A DNA stretch of 63,729 nucleotides, filler included, from Octopus bimaculoides (taxonomy: Eukaryota): assembly GCF_001194135.2 (NCBI RefSeq). It is 5 parts of 5 records of this genome, joined end to end, with 100 filler letters (N's around TTAATTAATTAA, not from the genome) between each part and the next. Parts side by side here need not be neighbours in the genome. Positions count along the whole stretch, not along the records: positions 1 to 16,378 come from NC_068999.1; 4 more parts are not named here. The stretch is one strand, 5' to 3'. A program made the position numbers and the translations under genes. Of this stretch, positions 1-11,934 are shown piece after piece. The notes beneath the pieces were generated by a model. It worked only from the letters and a program-made list of their open reading frames with translations, did not search any database and was not told where the DNA came from. The first letter of the stretch is position 1. Each line of letters starts with the position of its first letter.

Positions 1-36
<36 letters not shown>

Positions 37-291
37 CATAAACATACATACACATATATACACACACATATATATGTATACACATGGATGCATACACGCA
101 TTTGTATACCCCCCTTAGTACGTATATACACACGGTAGTTGTGTGGTGATTGATATTAAAGCAGTGCTATATGTATAGGAAAGTGATGCTTATATACATA
201 TATATNNNNNNNNNNNNNNNNNNNNNNNNNNNNNNNNNNNNNNNNNNNNNNNNNNNNNNNNNNNNNNNNNNNNNNNNNNNNNNNNNNNNNN

Positions 292-365
<74 letters not shown>

Positions 366-840
366 GTATATACACCATATATACACATATTTACATATAT
401 CATGAACAAAGAATGTTAATATTAGAATATATATTTATAATATAATAAAATACACGAATTTTATTAGTTATTTTACCTATTTATGTTTATTTATTCTTCA
501 TACTTACATGCGCGTTTACACGCGAGTACTCAGTCATAGACACACGTCCCCACACATATTTCGATGCAAAGATATTCAGGCCACTACGATACAAATAGCA
601 CTGTATAGTCTGATACTTAAGTAATTTGCTTATCAATTTCCTTCGCATCATTAACAATTCTGTTCTATTGGCCATGTAATTGGGACATTTCGAGGGACAC
701 AAGAACCGGAAATTTTTCTCAGTGATTATCATAGAACTACTAAGATATTAGAATATGCATAAACGATATATGTATACACGTACATGCCAAACATATAAAT
801 GTGCATAATTATATATCCAAATAAATACACACACACACAG

Positions 841-903
<63 letters not shown>

Positions 904-1179
904 NNNNNNNNNNNNTGTGTGTGTGTGTGTGTAAACATATAAAGCTTCATAATTCCCTTATATTTCTGTAATATATCTATAAAAATGAAGTGGAGCAAAG
1001 GCACATACGAAAACGAAAAGTGTTGCTGAAGGGGCCATAGATGTGTGACGAAAGATTTCCGGAAAATGGAAATGAGTTAAAATAAGAACAGTAATAAACG
1101 AGTGAAGAACAAATATATAGTGCGTGTGTTTATTTGGTAAAAAAGAAAAAAATAATATTATCATCCCGAAATACAACAA

Positions 1180-1790
1180 TATCTATAAAAATATGTACGT
1201 ATATATAGGGGGAAAATTCACAAAAAAAACAAAAGACAACGACAGGTGGTGTAGACAACAAACAGATGTATCAGTTTAACGCTCGGGAAGTGAAAATGTC
1301 TTTAACGTTTCGAGCCTACGCTCTTCCACAGAAAGGAACACAGAAAGAAACAAGGAGAGAAAATAAAGAATGTGTAGTGGCTAGCGATCTATCATGGCGA
1401 GTGCCGGACAGAGGGGTTACACAGGGGAGCTACGAAAAAGGGGAGATAATAAAGTAGGGGTGGTCCGAAAACGAAGGTGCGCGTGCGTATGTATAAGAGA
1501 GCATTATGTGCGTGTGGAAGAGGCCTGGTGACCTTGACATGTGCGGGTGTGCATGTATAAGTGTGTAGATGAGGGCGTAGGGCTGGGAAATGGTCAGTGC
1601 TAGTGTGTGCGTGGTGGGCTTGTGTGGTATGGTATGGTGATGTATGTTGTGGTTAGGTGGTATTGGGATGTGGGGGAGGTGAGAATGGGGAAAGCAAGGG
1701 TGGGTTGTGGGTTAGACTGAGGGTAGGGTAGAGGTGGGGTATGTGGGAGAGGGTGTAAAGGGATGGGGTGGGGTATATTTATATTTATAT
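1180..1790 (-). mobile_element. Penelope-type terminal repeat or non-autonomous derivative, with a hammerhead-like motif (1301-1335) and a G-rich segment
   Basis: The minus strand reads CTTT-CTGTGGA-A-GAGC-GTAG-GCTC-GAAA-CG-TT-AAAG, the layout of a minimal hammerhead as found in PLE terminal repeats. Related motifs occur at 45203-45236 and 55848-55880. Confidence 0.5.
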
Positions 1791-1837
1791 ATGCATACAC
1801 GAGTGAGTGAATAAACGAAAGAATGCAGCACTTAATA

Positions 1838-2079
1838 TATTGGTCTCAAGTTTTGGCACAAGGCCAGTAATCTTGGCGTGGTGGGGAGTATGTCGATTAC
1901 GTCGACCCAACTTTTTAACTGGTACTTATTTTATCGAATCCGGAATTATGAAAGGCAAAGTTGACCTCGGCGGAATTTGACCTCAACGTAAAAATGGACA
2001 AAAAGCCCTGAAGTTTTTTTTTGCCTGACGCGGTAAATATTCCGACAAACCTCCACCTTACTGTAGAACTTAATATATT
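1838..2079 (-). mobile_element. tRNA-derived SINE, type A (consensus start AAGGCGGCGAGCTGGCAGAATCGTTAG)
   Basis: Contains the reverse complement of the type A body (…atgaaaggcaaagttgacctcggcggaatttga…), shared with many copies in the window. Confidence 0.8.
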
Positions 2080-2149
2080 TGCATGAACATTGGACAAGAA
2101 ATAGCCTCAGCTCAGGATAACTAGAACGTCCGTAGGCGCGTTTATAAAT

Positions 2150-2198
<49 letters not shown>

Positions 2199-2461
2199 CA
2201 GCACATTTAATTCATATATATTATAATATATATAATATATATAACATAATATATGCTATAATATGTAATATATATGTACAGAGAGTGGGAGAGTGAAAGA
2301 GAGATAGAGACTGGGAGCTAAGAAGAAAGAGAGAAATAGTAGGTTTGAAAAGAATAAGAAAAGAATAACCCAAATGCACGTTGTTGTTATTTCAGTTGTG
2401 TTATTACAATTTTGTCTGTAGTCTATAATACTTAATCATTAATTAGTACATATTTTTTCGA

Positions 2462-3010
2462 ATACCGACCACATCATCCGAAGAGAATATTTTAAAGCAA
2501 CACACTGTTAAACTCTCTTATTTTACCACTCTTAACCTGTGTCCATTATTTCGCCCTCTATTACATTCAAACTATACAGCCGAGATTTTCTCCACACCAC
2601 TAAAGTTACTAATATTACGGAGAATGAACTTTTAACAATCACTTTTGATAAACAGCAAATTACCGTACATGCACGCTTCGCTACTATTATTAGTTCTCTG
2701 TACCCCACTGGAACTTTATCAGCACCTCCTCGGGTTAATAACATTTTTGTCTTTAATTGTAGGATGTCTTGAGTGTGCTATTTTGATATGAATTGTGTGA
2801 TCTAAAAAAGTGTTTATAGAAGCACCGAAGATACTAATAACACTTCAAAATATTATACAGATTCTACAACCGACTTTGTTAAAAACCGGATCCATATGCA
2901 TCACACCATTTTAATAATGTGAAAATCCGACTTTCTACTTCGTTAGCTGAATATACCTTTAATTTAAAATCGAGATGGGTGAAATTTAAAATCTAGTGGT
3001 CTCTTAACGA
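2462..3010 (+). mobile_element. Degenerate Penelope-like element, C-terminal linker plus GIY-YIG endonuclease remnant
   Basis: Hand translation across stops and frameshifts gives KQHTVKLSY…, FNCRMS*VCYFDMNCVI*KSVYRS…KYYTDSTTDFVKNRIHMH…, STSLAEYTFNLKSRWVKFKI*WSL. This matches the PLE order HTVKLSY, CNC-C-C, VYxA, YIGxTxxxFKxRxxxH, STxLSKYIWxLK, IxW. Confidence 0.75.
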
Positions 3011-3331
3011 TTCCACATCTCTTTATCATGTGGTTGGTCGCGACGGTAGATTATGTTTACGAGACGCTATGGCCATTATCATGACTGCTAGCCGACATTT
3101 ACGTAATAAGCATAATGAATTGATTGTTAATTGCAGACATCGATTAAGATACTTATAAAAAAATTGTCTCCTCAACTTGATTTTCATCTCTTCCATTATA
3201 TTTTGATGAGTGGGTGGAATTTTGGTATCATTGCTATTGTGAACATACTATTTGTGTTTGAGTATCCATATACACGTGCCCAACGTGTTTTTTTAATTTA
3301 TGCGTAATTTGGACGACAATTTATTCACTGC

Positions 3332-3386
<55 letters not shown>

Positions 3387-3609
3387 TGCGTGCGTGCGTG
3401 CGGGTGTGTGTCACTATTTCCTATTTATAATTCTACATTTATGGTACATTATTTCGCTGGAAAATAGTACTATTGTATTGTAATATTTATAATTTTATAT
3501 ATGCATATATATATATGTGTGTGTATGTGTGTGTGTATGTATGCATGCATATATGTATATATATTTATGTATGTCTGTGTATATATGTCTGTGTGTATTA
3601 TATTGTGTG

Positions 3610-3673
<64 letters not shown>

Positions 3674-3829
3674 CAATTTGATCTATGTACATACATGTTA
3701 TGTAGTCAGGTGCATATATGTTTGTATTCATTTACTTGTTTTTATTCATTAAATTCTTCTTAGAGGAAGGGTGCCGATTTCTAACCAAGAAACAGCAACT
3801 CCATCAGTGGAACTTGAAAAACAACAGCA

Positions 3830-4515
3830 ACTGTTCTTTGCATATTGATCTTCAGGAAAGTGTTGTTAATTTCATTGTTGCACTTACAGAATGTATTTGC
3901 AAAGTACGTGTTAGTTCATTTCTTTCTTTGATTGAAAATCCTAGGTTTTAACCTTGTCGTTTAGAAATTTACTGACATATCTCAGTGCATGAATGCCTAT
4001 TGGTGTAAATGTGAATTTATAATCAGGGTAGAAGCGTAGAAGGTTTCAAAGCAATTATTCATAAATATTTTCTTTCTCGCTGATTTTACATCTGCAGTAC
4101 AGCTAACCTCTGTAAGTGTACATGACTTTCCTTTCCTATTCGAAATGACTATATCAAATTTTGCTATGTTTGTTTTTGGCAGAGGATCTAATGGGAATAT
4201 TTCATCAATATTCCTTAAGTTGATATGTATGTATTGAGAAGAGGTGTTGTATATATTTAACCCAAGGTAGTCTTTCCTGCTGTTGGCATTTAGCAGTATA
4301 TGGCAGTGAAACATAGTATTTGATTACATTTTGCAGTAGCTGCTACATGTGTCGTGTCCATGGAAGAGTAGCATAATCTACATTATTCCATCTTTGGTTC
4401 ATCTCTTCATTAGGTATTTCGTAGCCGTCTCCTGCTCTTGGATTGTAAAATCACAGCTTTCTAGATGTGACATGGTGTAACGGCCACAAATTCAAAAATG
4501 ACTACATTTCATTTT
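3830..4515 (-). mobile_element. R4/Dong-type (RLE) non-LTR retrotransposon remnant, 3' part: zinc-knuckle region and restriction-like endonuclease
   Basis: The minus strand gives SHLESCDFTIQEQETATKYLMKR, then KFDIVISNRKGKSCTLTEVSCTADV (an RPDIV…EVSCPAD-type motif), then YKFTFTPIGIHALRYVSK and LQIHSVSAT. Many stops and frameshifts. Confidence 0.8.
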
Positions 4516-4533
4516 AATATTCTCCTCTTTAAG

Positions 4534-4743
4534 GCGGCGAGCTGACAGAGTCGTTAGCTCGCTGGGCGAAATGCTTAGCGGCATTTTGTCCGTCTTCACG
4601 TTCTAAGATCAAATTCCACCGAGGTTGCCTTTGCCTATCATCCTTTCGAGGTTGATAAACTAGATACCAGTTGAGCACTGGGATCAATGCAATTGACTTG
4701 CCCCCTCCCCGAAATTGCTGGTCTTGTGCCAAAATTTGAAATC
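4534..4743 (+). mobile_element. SINE type A inserted in the R4/Dong LINE
   Basis: Starts GCGGCGAGCTGACAGAGTCGTTAG, has a B-box-like segment, and ends …gccaaaatttgaaatc. Confidence 0.85.
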
Positions 4744-4764
4744 AATGTTGTCATCCTCCTTAAG

Positions 4765-4967
4765 GGGGCGAGCTGGTAGAATCTTTAGCTCGCTGGGAAC
4801 AATATTTAGCGGAACCTTGTCCGTCTTTACATTCTGGGCTCAAAGTCCGCCGTGGTCGACTTTGACTTTCGATATTAATAAGTACCAATTGAACACTGGA
4901 GTCGATGTTATCGGCTTATACCATCCCTTCCCCGTGACTTGATAGCCGTGTGCCAAAATTTGGAATC
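4765..4967 (+). mobile_element. SINE type A, second tandem copy
   Basis: Starts GGGGCGAGCTGGTAGAATCTTTAG and has the same body and 3' end as the preceding copy. Confidence 0.85.
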
Positions 4968-5500
4968 AATATTATTATCCTCATTAAGTTTCCGGGAAAT
5001 ATCCCCATGAATGATTTTTTTCGTAATTTGTAGAGATTATCTTTTCGCTCCTTGCTCAGATATGACAATCGGGCTCTTCCAGAGTCCTATGGGAGTTCAT
5101 CAAGCAATAAATGTTTGCTGAGTAGTTCATTACCGATCCGCATAATGTTATTCACTTCATTTCTGAGCACTTGACTGATGTAATTATTTTTGTGCTACCG
5201 TTTACCAGATGCTGTCTAATATCATACGGCACCCGATAGTTGTCTTTACTAATCTTCAGTCTCTTCCTCCCTATTTTCCTATATCTATCAAAATTTGTAG
5301 GTAAATTCAGCATTTTGCGCATTTTATCGTCGATGGATTAGATTTCCTCTAAAGACCAGTTGAGTATCCCATATGTTTGTAAGTCACGCCGGCTGGCTTG
5401 TTTTAAGTCACATATAACATAACATGATTACTCTAGATTTTGTATAATTTCATCAATATGTAGATATTTGTAGCACTCGTTTTGTGGAGCAGAATAGATC
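4968..5500 (-). mobile_element. R4/Dong-type LINE remnant, RT C-terminus/thumb; upstream part of the element at 3830-4515
   Basis: The minus strand gives ECYKYLHIDE, TYGILNWSLEEI*SIDDKMRKML, IRQHL, IMRIGNELL and KIIHGDISRKLNEDNNID. This joins collinearly to NIKMKCSHF…SHLES on the far side of the SINE pair. Confidence 0.8.
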
Positions 5501-8211
5501 CAGAGATCTTTGATGCAGCATCCACTTCCAGAGAAGGTGGATAAAACGCTGATGGTGGTTGATACAAGATCCAAATCAAGATTATCTCCAAGATGAACAT
5601 GCCATGAAGGGAAAACACGCAGATTATCTGAAGAATAGAGGACGACTGTGGATACTAGGATCTATATTAATAGGCTTCGTCAGTATTGAAATTGTCCGCT
5701 CTTATCTTTAGCAAGCTAGACCTTCAGACAGACACAGAGTAAAACACATTTATGACAAAAGAAAAGTTCACTACTAGTTTCAAACATGAACCCTCTGCTT
5801 TATCTGTATTTACATAATGCCTGTCATTGACTGAGAACATAAAGAACCTTATATTGTTAGTGTTTTATTTTTTAATCCGAGAAGGCGCAGAATTCAAAAT
5901 ATTTTCAGATCTTCGGGTTTGCCTAGAGAAAGAGGGGGAAAGAATTTAAACCACAAGGTTTGGGTCGATCCAAGACTATGGAAGAAGACAATTGTCATAC
6001 GTGGAATTCCGATTCGAAATCATGTGACTATAAGAGACGAACTTTTTAATTCCACATATAGTGTATCTTGGAGTACGGTAACGAATGTGTGTTTATGCTT
6101 TGAAAATAGTATGACGGTGTTTGGAGGCTATTTCGGACGACCGCGAACAAGTTTACTTATTGTCTCGAGTCCTATACATTATTGATAAGGCCACCAGTAC
6201 AATAACGGTTTCCTACATTGACACATGACTAAAACATTAGGAAGAGCAGATACAGTGGATCGAAGCTACCATTAGTACACCTCATAGCAGCCACAAGAAC
6301 TCAAACGCGACACTGGTGAGATAAAAGTTAGCAGTCGCAGATTCGACCTCGGAACCTAGGACTATTGAAGCGAAACACTTGAAAGCATATACTACAGGGC
6401 TCTAACCTTTTCTATAATTCCACAACCCATTTAATTTATTAATAATTTTAGATTTTTCAAGTTCCCCAAATCCATTTTATAGTTATTAAATATGTTTTTG
6501 TTTCTTTGTTTTTTTTGTTGCTGGTTTAAGAATTTTATTAATCATAGCGCCATTTTCAGGATGTCAGCTGCTCTTAATCGTTTCCAACCTCAGAAGCAGT
6601 TCCATATGGAGGCCCCTCAAGATACATTACCAAATTTGCATTGCATTATAGCACAAGAGAAGAGTTACGTGTAATTTAATTATGTAATATATTTTCTAGT
6701 AATGCCCTGCAAAATTCAATTTAAATATTCAAAGCCACATTACTGATATCATTACATTTACATATTTCGAAATAGTAAAATAATTATTTAATTAACGAAA
6801 CCACCTGTTGCAAAAAGAAATAAATGTAAAAATTATGCAAATATATACAGTCATTCATATAAACACGATAGTTTGTTCGCTGCCCGGTTGGTCGGTTGGC
6901 TGTTATATTTGTTTAGCTTTAAATCTGCACCAATCGATCACACTTATGATGGAAGTCATTCTGACCGTTATCAGTCTGATGGACTGTGTTTCTGAGTCTA
7001 CATTATCGCATATTTCTTACCTGTTGTAAAATAGTAGCGGTGTGATATGAGGCAGTTTTGTATGACTGCTATTTCTAATAGGTCAACTTATACCAAATAA
7101 AGGTTGGTTCCTTCAAAATATAGTCTTGAAACACAAACGGGGAGAAAGTATTATACAGAGCATCCGCGTGGAACACGCTGTTTAATCGGTTTCTTTGATC
7201 CAATTTTATGAGTCATTTCTTTCTTTGAGTAGGGCATTGTCCTCATTTAATCCTTTGCCTGTCCAAAGCATTTTTATAAGTTTGTGCGAAACGTCCGTGG
7301 TTGCTCTCAGAGTTTTGGTTAACTTTATTTCATACATTCTGAGTATTATAAAGCTTCCCTTTGATACGGTCCAAGTTATTCTGTTGGTTGAAAAAGGAAA
7401 TGGGATAATGTGTAACATATATGATGCATTGCCGACAAGGAGATTTGTCCTGTATATCATGTGATACACAGGAAAAGCAAACTGTTGAGTCATATTGTCT
7501 TCAAATAAATGTATATATTTTACTCACAGCAAACGTATCCCAATATTCCTTTTTCTCTTATCTCAGATTGAAATTTGTACAATTATAACACGTTAAAGAG
7601 GTACGATATATTACTGGTATTTACTTGTAGGAAAGAAGTCACGTCTGTCATATAATGAGCCAAATTATGAGAGGTGAGAAATACTAACTGATTTCTTTAC
7701 ACAAGATCAATTCATGACGGAGACCATTAAAACTTATTCACATCCCAGATCATGAATGTGATACGGTTTCCTTCATTTTCTGAGCAAACTAGATTTCAAG
7801 CCTTCACAAAGATCCAATATTAATTTCTTCTCGAGGGTTTGCAACTTGTCGTAGGGTCAGTTATTTATATTGTCACCTAAGCCCAGTGCTGTGTCTACTG
7901 GTGAGTGAGATCCATCTCAGTTGCATCAGTGAGGGTTAGCACCAGAATAAACTGAGTGATACAGAAATATGTAAGGCAGGCTATGTTGCTGTGCAGTGTG
8001 TGAATCTAAAATATTAAGTTTCATTTGGTCAAACACCTGTTCCTATATTCTAAATTTATGCCAACATTCCTGTGTTTTACTCCCAAACAGTTCAGCCCAT
8101 ATAATTATATGAACACGAGTTTGATATAGATCTTAATCCTAGCAGTAACAACAGGAACTATAACAGTAGCTGTAGCAGTAATGTGCAAATGCTAAATAGT
8201 TTTTCACCTAA

Positions 8212-8560
8212 CAGGCGTGATTCTGTGATAAGAAGCTTGCTTCCCAACTACATGGTTCTGGGTTCAGTATCATTGCGTGGTACCTTGAACAAGTGCCTCC
8301 TACTTTAGCTTCGCGCCGAATGGATTTGTTAGACGGAAACTGAAAGAAGCCTGCCGTATATAGATATCTATATCAATCTCTATATTTATAGGTGTGTTTG
8401 TTTATCCCTCACATTTCCGTAACTTAAAGGTTCACGAAAAAACACCGAAAGAATAAGTACCAGCTTTTAAGCGTATATCCTGGAGTCGATTTGTCCGATT
8501 AAAATTTCTTCAAGGAAATGTCTCAGCATGGCTGCAGTCGAGTGACTGAAACAATTACAA
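8212..8560 (+). mobile_element. tRNA-derived SINE, type B (consensus start GGCGCAGGAGTGGCTGTGTGGTAAG)
   Basis: A/B-box head, gtagacggaaactgaaagaagcc core, and 3' cagcatggctgcagtc…gactgaaac tail. Confidence 0.8.
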
Positions 8561-8654
8561 GAATAAAATAATAAAAGTATAACACTGCTGATTTCGGCAC
8601 CCAGTTTCCGTTGTTTCAAATATTAATAACACCTGCCCAGACAAATATACTCTT

Positions 8655-8839
8655 CTCAACTCTTTTACTTGCTTCAGCCATTTGACTGCGGCCATGCTGG
8701 AGTAGCACCGCCTTTAATCGAGCAAATCGACCCCGGGATTTATTCTTTGTAAGCCTAGTAATTATTCTATCGAAATAAGTAACACACCAGCATCGGTTGT
8801 CAAGCGATGCTGGGGGACAAACACAGATACACAAACACA

Positions 8840-8907
<68 letters not shown>

Positions 8908-9072
8908 TACGACGGGCTTCTTTCAGTATCCGTCTACCAAATCCACTCACAACGCTTTGGTCGGCCCGAGGCTATAGCAGAAGACATTTGCCCAAGGTGC
9001 CATACAGTGGGACTGAACCCGGAATCATGTGGCTGGTAGGCAAGCTACATACCACACAGCCACTCCTGTACC
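8655..9072 (-). mobile_element. SINE type B, near full length, with an internal (TA)n expansion
   Basis: Reverse complement of the complete type B pattern. A (TA) run at about 8843-8905 sits at the internal microsatellite position. Confidence 0.9.
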
Positions 9073-9390
9073 TATGATCATGAATATTATCAAACGGATT
9101 TCTGTTAACTTCTGACGAAGGTAAAGATAATTATTATTAATTCGGACTGAGGAGGGCAACATATGTGATCATTCTATGCATTTTCATTCTATAGAGATCA
9201 ATTCGGCTATGGATCTCGTTTGTGCTTCTGTCGTAGATACTTACTGAAGCGTAATATTCTGGGGTAAATGTTTTAGAAAAGTGTTTTGTGTAGAATTTCT
9301 GAAAATAAAACAAAATGGAGCATGGGAGGACAAGTGCTTGCATCATGTGACTTTGGTTTTTGCTGGTGATCACAGTTTGATAATTTAGAG

Positions 9391-10392
9391 CAGACATGTC
9401 AAACTCCCGACCCGCGGGCCACTTTTGATAGCATGAAATTAGTCCAAATGGCGGTATCAGCAAATAGAGCACTTTGCTGCCCTCAGCAACACCCATGCCT
9501 TCTTTTTACAACTACACATACATAGTGTGTGGCTGAAGCAGGCCATTCCATTATATATAGCACTGATAGCACTACCTTTCTTACTAAGGGTGTCACCAAA
9601 AGTAGCAATAATTTAATACACGACAAGAAACAACACCACTGTAACTATTACACCCTGTCTGTACAAAAAATACATTAAAGAGGCATGATGACACAGTCAC
9701 TAGTCTTAATTGTAAGTACAACAAAGCATGCTGGAAAATGCCTCATTCGCGTGTTGTGAAGTGCTGACGACGCAAAATCTACTAATCCCATAATGCACCA
9801 CAACAGCCGCCTTATCGCTCTTTTGGGTGATCATTTTCACGTGACGTCATTCAATAGTAGTAGCAAATTATATTAATGGCCAAGAGAAAAGTCGATGCTG
9901 AAGACAAAGCCTTTCAAATCTGGTGGGAAACTGAGTACATGTTTACTGACATTTATGGCAACTTTTATTGTGACAGAGGAGATCGCAAAATCAGCTAGTC
10001 CATTTACCGAAGGAGAGTTTGTGAAGGGCTGCGTGATGAAAATGTGTGATGTTTTGTGTCCAGACAAGAAGCAACTGCTTGCTAATGTGAGTATTAGCAG
10101 AAATACGGTTGCTGATCAGGTGTGTGAGATGGCTACTGATTTGAAAAGATAGTTGATTGAAACAGGAAAAGATTTTGTTGCATATTCTGTTGGTGTGGAT
10201 GAGACTACTGGCACGACTGATACGGCACAGCTGGCTATCCTCATCCGTGGAGTAGACTCCAATTTGTTCATCGGGGAGGAAATTTGGGACTTTAAATCAA
10301 TGCATGGGGCAACAGCAGGAAAGGACCTTTTTGAAAAAATATGTCAGAGTATAACCGACATGAAACTGCCTTGGCACAAATTTGGTCGACTG
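9391..10392 (+). mobile_element. hAT (Charlie/SPIN/GTF2IRD2-like) DNA transposon, left end plus internally deleted transposase remnant (ATG at 9876)
   Basis: Left TIR CAGACATGTCAAACTC follows ATTTAGAG (NTCTAGAN-like target). Translation gives MAKRKVDAEDKAFQIWWETEYMFTDI, a deletion, then FIVTEEIAKSASPFTEGEF…VSISRNTVADQV…YSVGVDETTGTTDTAQLAILIRGV…MKLPWHK. One in-frame stop and frameshifts; no right end found. Confidence 0.9.
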
Positions 10393-11094
10393 CATGTGTC
10401 AGCAGAATCGTCTTGGATATGCGAACAATACTCAAATGTGGGTCATTCAGGATTTTGTCGATAGTCAGAAACCAGGTGAGCGCTGATGTATTTTATGAGC
10501 CTGATCAGAAAGTTGGATATTTGGTGATGTTTTATTGCAAATATTGTAGATATAGCATGCCTAGATTATTAAGAAGTTTTCTTCGAATTCGTGAGGCCTT
10601 GGGTTCAATCCCACTACGTAACAGCATTGGCAAGTTTTTTTTCTATTGTTTGAGATCAACCCAAAACTTATTAGTAATTGGGTTGATGGAAATTCTAGGG
10701 AGACCCGTTAGATGAACTGTGGTTGTAATTCTAAGGTACAGCCTTCTCGAGGATACCGTGCCACAGTGATTCTGCCGAGGAATATCATTAATAGTGCACG
10801 TGTTTGTGGAATACTCAGTCATGGGCACCTTAATTCAATGAAGAGGTAATTCAATCGAATTAAGCAACTGAAACATCACTAGGGAAACTGATAGTAATTC
10901 ATTATTGGAAACTTGATATCTGTGTTGTTATGTGACGTCACTATGGTTTCAAGTATATGAGAAATCCTCCAATTTGTTACCTCTGTTCTTCGAACAAGAA
11001 ATGTAAATTCGAATGAAGCGAGTCAATAATGACGACTCACTTCCCTTATTTGGTTATACAGAAATCAATGAGGCCTCAATATCTAGCTTTTCTA

Positions 11095-11310
11095 AGGTGG
11101 TGAGCTGGCAGAATCGTTAGCACGCCGGGCAAAATACTTAGTAGCATTTCGTCCGTCTTAATATTCTGAGTTTCAAATTCCGCTGAGGTTGGCTTTGCTT
11201 TTATTTTTGAGGGTCAATAAAATAAGTACCAGTTAAGTACTGGAGTCAATTTAATTGACTTGGCCCCTCTGCAAAATCTTCTGGCCTTGTGCAAAAATTT
11301 AAAACCAACA
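11095..11310 (+). mobile_element. SINE type A
   Basis: AAGGTGGTGAGCTGGCAGAATCGTTAGCACGCCGGGC head and complete body. Confidence 0.9.
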
Positions 11311-11934
11311 TCTAGCTCTTCTCACCAAAAGATTTGAAGTTTGTGTGCTACGTAACAAACCTCTTGGAGATTTTAATACAGCTACTCCTACTTGCCTCGA
11401 TCAGTGATTCCCACTTTGTGGTACCTATGTACAGCTAGTTATACTGAATCATCTTAGTTTAAAGAGATTTGGCCAAAATTGCAATGTAATAACGGTGATG
11501 TAATATAAATCTATGTTCTTTCAGATTGGAGTCCATTATTGTATCTAGTTAGCCATCTGAGCTGTCTATGTGTACTGAACTTGCTTACAGATCCTGGGTC
11601 AATGCACCGTGTTGTAAGGAAGAACCACATCAATTAAAATGATGCTGATGTTCTAGTCAAAAATATAAAATAATTAATCGAAGTTTTATTGAGCTGCCTA
11701 GTTCAACACCATTATGTGCTCAGACGAACTGATCGAACTGTTCTCCCGTAAAACCATTTTAAAGCATTTATATCAAAGGAGACTCTAAAGAAATTCAATA
11801 GGAATCTCCAAACTAGCCTTATCTCCTGACAGAATTTCTTATTATTAGTAAGAAAATATAAGCCAGACATGTCAATGATTTGCATGGAAACCAAAACTGA
11901 AAGCTAAATTTCAGTTCTTGTTATTACTGTTACT

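Noticed and set aside
487-732. Minus-strand ORF ending near a strong CAT|GTAAGT donor
   Set aside because: No recognisable protein motif and no clear acceptor; one donor is expected by chance.
3762-3903. Plus-strand exon-like segment (cttcttAG … AAA|GTACGT) with an open frame
   Set aside because: Its 3' half is antisense to the end of the R4/Dong LINE coding region, and the peptide is unrecognisable.
6539-6671. Plus-strand segment after ttttcAG reading MSAALNRFQPQKQF…
   Set aside because: Weak donor and no homology that I can recognise.
9876-10392. Domesticated GTF2IRD2-like host gene
   Set aside because: The TIR, internal deletion, stop codon, frameshifts and truncation show a dead transposon copy.
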